Source of the DNA: a virus
Taxonomy: Duplodnaviria > Caudoviricetes
Virus record (IMG/VR): IMGVR_UViG_3300012942_000063
Coordinates: 1 to 47,977 of that record
Length of the DNA stretch: 47,977 nt
Direction: 5' to 3' (one strand)
The notes under the pieces are model-generated. The model was not told the DNA's origin and searched no databases. It worked only from the letters and a program-made list of their open reading frames with translations. The position numbers and the translations under genes are program-made. This document shows positions 43,944-47,977 of the stretch, piece after piece; position 1 is the stretch's first letter; every line of letters starts with the position of its first letter.

Positions 43944-44380
43944 TCGCCTACCAAGCCCCCGCCATCGTGCCCCGCACGATGGCCGGCCACCGCCTAGTCA
44001 GCGCTGGCCTCGCCGAGATCGTCGAGGAACGCGGTTACTGGGTCATCGGGCGTCTGATCACCGATCCGCCCGTCCTGTTCGAGCTTTCCACCGAGAGTGT
44101 CCACCTCGTCGGCATCCAGTACCGCGTCTCCCCGGACGTGCCAGTCACTTATTTGGGCCTCTACCGAAACGGCAAGGTCATTGCCGAGTTTCAGCTTGGA
44201 ACGTGGCCAGTCAAGCCAGCTCCCGACGTCTTTAGCCTCCTCTCTCCCTTCCTCCACGCACTGCGCGGTGCTATCCCTGTCTCCGTGCCACAGCCCCCCG
44301 CCCCCTCGCTGCCACCTCCTGGCCACGGAGAGGTATCACGGAGCGCCACGACGCGCCGCCGGGGGCCCCAGTGCCGCTGA
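43940..44380 (+). CDS. Hypothetical protein
   Basis: TTGA overlap with previous stop. Confidence 0.55.
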   Translation: MIAYQAPAIVPRTMAGHRLVSAGLAEIVEERGYWVIGRLITDPPVLFELSTESVHLVGIQYRVSPDVPVTYLGLYRNGKVIAEFQLGTWPVKPAPDVFSLLSPFLHALRGAIPVSVPQPPAPSLPPPGHGEVSRSATTRRRGPQCR

Positions 44381-44976
44381 CCCCCTCCGCCCCTCTCCTC
44401 GTGTCTCTCTCGGCGCTGCCCGGGGCTCCCGTGCAACTTCCCATCACCGACGCGGTGGTGCTGCCTACCACGTCGTGGCCGCCCGAGGCGTTCGTGGTTC
44501 AGGAAGCCTGTGGCATCCGGTGGGACTGGGCCGACATTCGCCGGTTTCTGTCCTTCACCCGCTACGAACACGGTTGCCGCGTCTGGAACGGCGCGAAGTC
44601 GCGGGGGTCCGGGAACCAGCAGTGGTATGGCAGTTTCTACACACAGGGGAAGACCGTTCGTGCCCACAAGTTCGCCGCTGTCACCATTTACGGCCTACGC
44701 CCTAAGCCCGGGGTGCACGTTGATCATGGTTGCGACCGCACCCTCTGTACTTCCCACCTTCGTCTGCTCCTCAAGCGAGACAATGAGGCGCGTATCCGCC
44801 GTCCTCGCAAGGACGACCTAGACCTAGCGCGCTTCTGCAACATGACCGCTGCAGGAATCATGCTCCTACCGGAGGAGCGCCGCGCCGTTTACGTCCGAAT
44901 GATGCGCGTCACCGAGGAGATCAACGCCGGTCGCACCCCCAAGGGCGTGATCGTCTGCAGGAGGCGCGGCCGGTGA
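44371..44976 (+). CDS. HNH endonuclease-like protein (His-Cys type)
   Basis: GCRVWNGA...YGSF...RAHKF...VDHGCDRTLC.SHL...N. Confidence 0.7.
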   Translation: MPLTPSAPLLVSLSALPGAPVQLPITDAVVLPTTSWPPEAFVVQEACGIRWDWADIRRFLSFTRYEHGCRVWNGAKSRGSGNQQWYGSFYTQGKTVRAHKFAAVTIYGLRPKPGVHVDHGCDRTLCTSHLRLLLKRDNEARIRRPRKDDLDLARFCNMTAAGIMLLPEERRAVYVRMMRVTEEINAGRTPKGVIVCRRRGR

Positions 44977-45416
44977 TCTGCTCCGAATGTCACGGGAAGC
45001 GCTTCGTCTGCAACGTCTTCGGACGCGGGCGGTACAGCCCGCCTCAACGCTGCGCGCGCTGTCTGGGCACCGGGGTGGAACCGATTTCGGGACTGGGGGG
45101 TATCGACATGACTGTAACGAACAGTGATGGATTTCGGGACGCGGTGGCACGGACGCTTCCGCTCGACCAGCTGTCGAAGGAAGTCGAGCGCGCCGTGGGG
45201 GACCGGCGCGAACGCGACATTGCCGCGCTTCGACGGATCAGCTACATGGGGGTCCGACTAATCCCCGATCACCGGATGCGCCCCGGCGAGTTCGCAGTGC
45301 TCATCAGCGCAGAAACCTACCACACACTGCTCAAGGAAGGAAGCACCAATGGCAAGGATTACCGGAACGATCCCCCGACCGGAGATCGAGAACCTGTCGC
45401 CCCGCAAGCTGGATGA
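44973..45416 (+). CDS. Hypothetical protein with CxxCxG zinc ribbon
   Basis: CSECHGK...CARCLGTG; GTGA coupling. Confidence 0.6.
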   Translation: MICSECHGKRFVCNVFGRGRYSPPQRCARCLGTGVEPISGLGGIDMTVTNSDGFRDAVARTLPLDQLSKEVERAVGDRRERDIAALRRISYMGVRLIPDHRMRPGEFAVLISAETYHTLLKEGSTNGKDYRNDPPTGDREPVAPQAG

Positions 45417-45783
45417 CCTAGTTCAGAGCAAGCACCGCGAACTGATCGAGCGGCACGGCCACGGCCTGCTTTACACCAGCAGCAACCCGGCGACCGGGGA
45501 CGTTACCTACACTTTTGACTACGCCGAGCAGTTCGACGCGCCGCCGCCCGGCTCCTCGCTGGTGCTCAACCCGCACGTCGAGCCGGTGGACGACGAATTG
45601 CTGCGCGCGGTCAAGACCGCCCGGGTCAAGATGTGCAACATGTCGGCGGTGAAGCAGGCACCCGACGGCACCTACGTCCCGATCGACGCCGCCGACGTCA
45701 ACGCGCAGAACACCTGCGACGCCATCAACCGGCTCGAGCGCCTCCTCGCCAAGCACGACCCGGAAGGCCGCGTTCTCGGCTGA
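45349..45783 (+). CDS. Hypothetical protein
   Basis: RBS AGGAAG; phage-like codon usage. Confidence 0.7.
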   Translation: MARITGTIPRPEIENLSPRKLDDLVQSKHRELIERHGHGLLYTSSNPATGDVTYTFDYAEQFDAPPPGSSLVLNPHVEPVDDELLRAVKTARVKMCNMSAVKQAPDGTYVPIDAADVNAQNTCDAINRLERLLAKHDPEGRVLG

Positions 45784-45853
45784 CGATCAGCGCCTGTCGT
45801 TTACCGGCTGTTAACCAAGACCGTGTTACCGGGGGGCGGAGAGGAGACAGACG

Positions 45854-46036
45854 ATGCCCTTATCCGACGTTCTGAACCGCCCCCAACCCTTCGCCGAGCG
45901 GCTGACCAACCAGCAGATCGCGGACTTCATGCTGATAGAAGACCGCGCCCGCCGCCGCGCGCTCGCTGACTGTGATTTGGGCCGCGCAGCCGAACACGAT
46001 CGCGAGATCGAGCGCCTAGCTTCTGCACTGGATTGA
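45854..46036 (+). CDS. Small hypothetical protein
   Basis: RBS GAGGAG. Confidence 0.6.
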   Translation: MPLSDVLNRPQPFAERLTNQQIADFMLIEDRARRRALADCDLGRAAEHDREIERLASALD

Positions 46037-46061
46037 CACAACCCAAAAGCTGTGCTTTGGT
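46033..46061 (+). promoter_or_regulatory. Early promoter TTGACA-N17-TTTGGT
   Basis: TTGACACA...GCTGTGC motif as at the other sites. Confidence 0.55.
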
Positions 46062-46081
46062 GCAAGGACAGGAGATTTACG

Positions 46082-46237
46082 ATGTTCGTTTCGGAGGATC
46101 AGATCGCGGCGCAGATGCGGGCATGGCCCGGCCTCGGCCGCTTGCAGGCGATCAACCGCATCAAGCAGGGTCGCTATTACGCGTCCCGGCAGTCCCGCCG
46201 GTTCGTGAGCACCAATTGGGTGAAGTACGATGATTGA
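46082..46237 (+). CDS. Small hypothetical protein
   Basis: RBS AGGAG downstream of promoter. Confidence 0.65.
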   Translation: MFVSEDQIAAQMRAWPGLGRLQAINRIKQGRYYASRQSRRFVSTNWVKYDD

Positions 46238-46373
46238 GAAGGCTCTTTTTATCGTGTTGGTCGCGGTCGCGCTGATCGCCGGCCTCGGAAGCATCGCGCA
46301 CCGCATGAACCATTGGGCCACCACGGCGCAGTGCGCGATGAACCACGATACGATTTGCATTTACCACGACTGA
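46230..46373 (+). CDS. 47-aa membrane protein resembling mature Flp pilin
   Basis: Own translation: MIEKALFIVLVAVALIAGLGSIAHRMNHWATTAQCAMNHDTICIYHD; overlaps both neighbours. Confidence 0.55.
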   Translation: MIEKALFIVLVAVALIAGLGSIAHRMNHWATTAQCAMNHDTICIYHD

Positions 46374-46531
46374 TGCCGGGAGGCATCAACCAACCGGGGG
46401 AGCTTGCCAGATGCCCAAAGTGCGGATCGTGGATGGCGAAATGTTTGCTGCCGCACTGTCCGGTGTGCAGGGTCGATTGCGCGAAGCGGCGCAAGCGGCG
46501 AGAGCACATGCGGAAACGCAGCGGGCAATGA
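46373..46531 (+). CDS. Small zinc-finger protein
   Basis: CPKC...CPVC; TGATG and ATGA coupling on both sides. Confidence 0.5.
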   Translation: MPGGINQPGELARCPKCGSWMAKCLLPHCPVCRVDCAKRRKRREHMRKRSGQ

Positions 46532-46662
46532 GCGAGCAGATGCGCAGGCTGCGCGAGGGTGACTCTCCATTTCGGGACACGATCCCTCCGCGACCGTTCT
46601 ACGACGCCAGACGGGACGTCATCGATGGCGATTACCGGGTGATTTCCGTGGTGAGGAAGTGA
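46528..46662 (+). CDS. Small hypothetical protein
   Basis: Coupled start and stop with neighbours. Confidence 0.4.
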   Translation: MSEQMRRLREGDSPFRDTIPPRPFYDARRDVIDGDYRVISVVRK

Positions 46663-47108
46663 TGGACGCCAAGGCCCACGAATTCGCCGAGCGGATGCGC
46701 GCCAAGGCCATCCCGGAGGGGTGCACCACCGATCCTTCCTACCGAATTTTCCGTGACCCGCCCGAGATGATCCAACGGGCATTCGGGGGGAGGCTGTGGT
46801 TCCACGAGACCGACTGCAAGGCGGTGCACCGCATCGGCCTGCTGCTCGGGCTAGGATGGCAACTCGGGGAATACGTGCGCAAGCAACTGGGTGGGAAGGT
46901 GGCGGATGTCAACGGGGTGCGGGTGATAGCGCGTACCGTCGGCTACGGCCAGACCGAGCAGTTGTATGACCTGTATTTCGTGAGGTATACTAGGGGTGAG
47001 GACAACCTCGACCCCTACGTGTTTTACGTCGTGACGCATCGTCCCGGCCTCACCGCTTCTCAACTCAAGGTGGCATACGCCGACGTATTGGGGGAACACG
47101 CTGTATGA
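46662..47108 (+). CDS. Hypothetical protein
   Basis: RBS GAGG; TGATG coupling. Confidence 0.65.
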   Translation: MDAKAHEFAERMRAKAIPEGCTTDPSYRIFRDPPEMIQRAFGGRLWFHETDCKAVHRIGLLLGLGWQLGEYVRKQLGGKVADVNGVRVIARTVGYGQTEQLYDLYFVRYTRGEDNLDPYVFYVVTHRPGLTASQLKVAYADVLGEHAV

Positions 47109-47500
47109 ACGTTATCGCGCAAGTGGACGTGCTGTCTGGACATAAGGGGTTCTACCGCTTCTCGGTCAAGACGGTATCGCCGAACACTGTGGTAATCGAG
47201 ACTGGGACGCGGGGGCGGGAAGACGGCCTGATCGACCACTACCACCAGTTCCGCGTCGGAGACGACCGGGGCGCGGCGGCGATAAAGGCACTAGTGGAGG
47301 ACTGTGCCCGCTACAAACGGTTCTTCGAGGCTGCCTGCAAAATCGGCGTCACCGAATTGCACAGCGGCCGGCTCGAGGGCTTCATGGAGCGTAGCGACGC
47401 CGACGAGGGAGAATTCGAGGACGCCTATGATGTCGTCGCCGAAATGATCGAGGAGCGGGTGTGCGAGGAGGACATCGCCGCAGGGTTCAGATACGAATAA
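47105..47500 (+). CDS. Hypothetical protein with acidic C-terminus
   Basis: ATGA coupling. Confidence 0.65.
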   Translation: MNVIAQVDVLSGHKGFYRFSVKTVSPNTVVIETGTRGREDGLIDHYHQFRVGDDRGAAAIKALVEDCARYKRFFEAACKIGVTELHSGRLEGFMERSDADEGEFEDAYDVVAEMIEERVCEEDIAAGFRYE

Positions 47501-47595
47501 TGGGATCGGCCCGGGCGGAGCCGGGTCGTGGGGTGCCGGTATTCTCCTCGCAAAAGACGGCCGGCACCCCGAATTTTCTACAGGAAGGAAGCAAC

Positions 47596-47977
47596 GTGAA
47601 CCACGAAGAATTGGAACTCGCCCGGACGATCGCCACCAATAGTGGTGACATACGCGATACGATCAACCGCCTGTGCGACGAGGTGGAGCGCCTGAACGAC
47701 AGACAATTCGACGAAGACTGCAACGCCGAGATGGTCGAGCAGCAGGAAGAGCGGATGGGAGAGGCACTAGGGCTACTCGTGGCGGCGGCGACTCAATTCC
47801 GATTTTACGAGGGGCAGCACCTCGCCAAGGCGCAGGACACGCTGCGCAGCGATCGCGACCGGGCGGATAGCCGGGACAAGGCGGAAGTCAACCAGCAGAT
47901 CGCCATCGCGATCGAGCGCTTCGTAGCGGGGAATGACTACCACAGCCTTGCGATGCGCACCGCCGCCGGCCCCGAAG
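47596..47977 (+). CDS. Hypothetical protein, 3'-truncated by window
   Basis: GTG after AGGAAGG; open to window end (MNHEELELARTIATNSG...QFRFYEGQHLAK). Confidence 0.65.
   Translation, partial: MNHEELELARTIATNSGDIRDTINRLCDEVERLNDRQFDEDCNAEMVEQQEERMGEALGLLVAAATQFRFYEGQHLAKAQDTLRSDRDRADSRDKAEVNQQIAIAIERFVAGNDYHSLAMRTAAGPE

Noticed and set aside
1-47977. tRNA genes, stop-codon reassignment, introns/inteins, DGR reverse transcriptase
   Set aside because: None recognisable by eye; core genes are uninterrupted in the standard code

Overview
This window is most of the genome of a GC-rich, long-tailed dsDNA siphophage, with genes truncated at both ends. The host is probably an alphaproteobacterium; this is inferred from the GTA-like DUF2460/DUF2163/NlpC tail tip and from NepR-like and Flp-pilin-like ORFs. 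The + strand at 1-13.3 kb carries replication genes: primase-helicase, SSB-like protein, XRE regulator, family A DNA polymerase, resolvase and SNF2 helicase. Embedded in them is a complete 2-aminoadenine (Z-genome) cassette: purZ, a MazG-like mazZ fused to a degenerate HNH-AP2 domain, and datZ, with the polymerase a candidate DpoZ. Small early genes behind repeated sigma70-type promoters lie at 13.3-15.4 kb and 40.7-48 kb. The - strand at 15.5-40.6 kb carries terminase, a portal-MuF-ParB fusion, protease/scaffold, capsid, neck, tail and lysis genes. Less expected items are a NepR-like anti-sigma mimic, a Flp-pilin-like mini-protein, a three-member paralog family, a module shared by three virion proteins, a recurrent GAGGTATCAC motif and a structured non-coding region at 42.5-43.0 kb. 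All family assignments come from motif recognition by eye, not from database searches.
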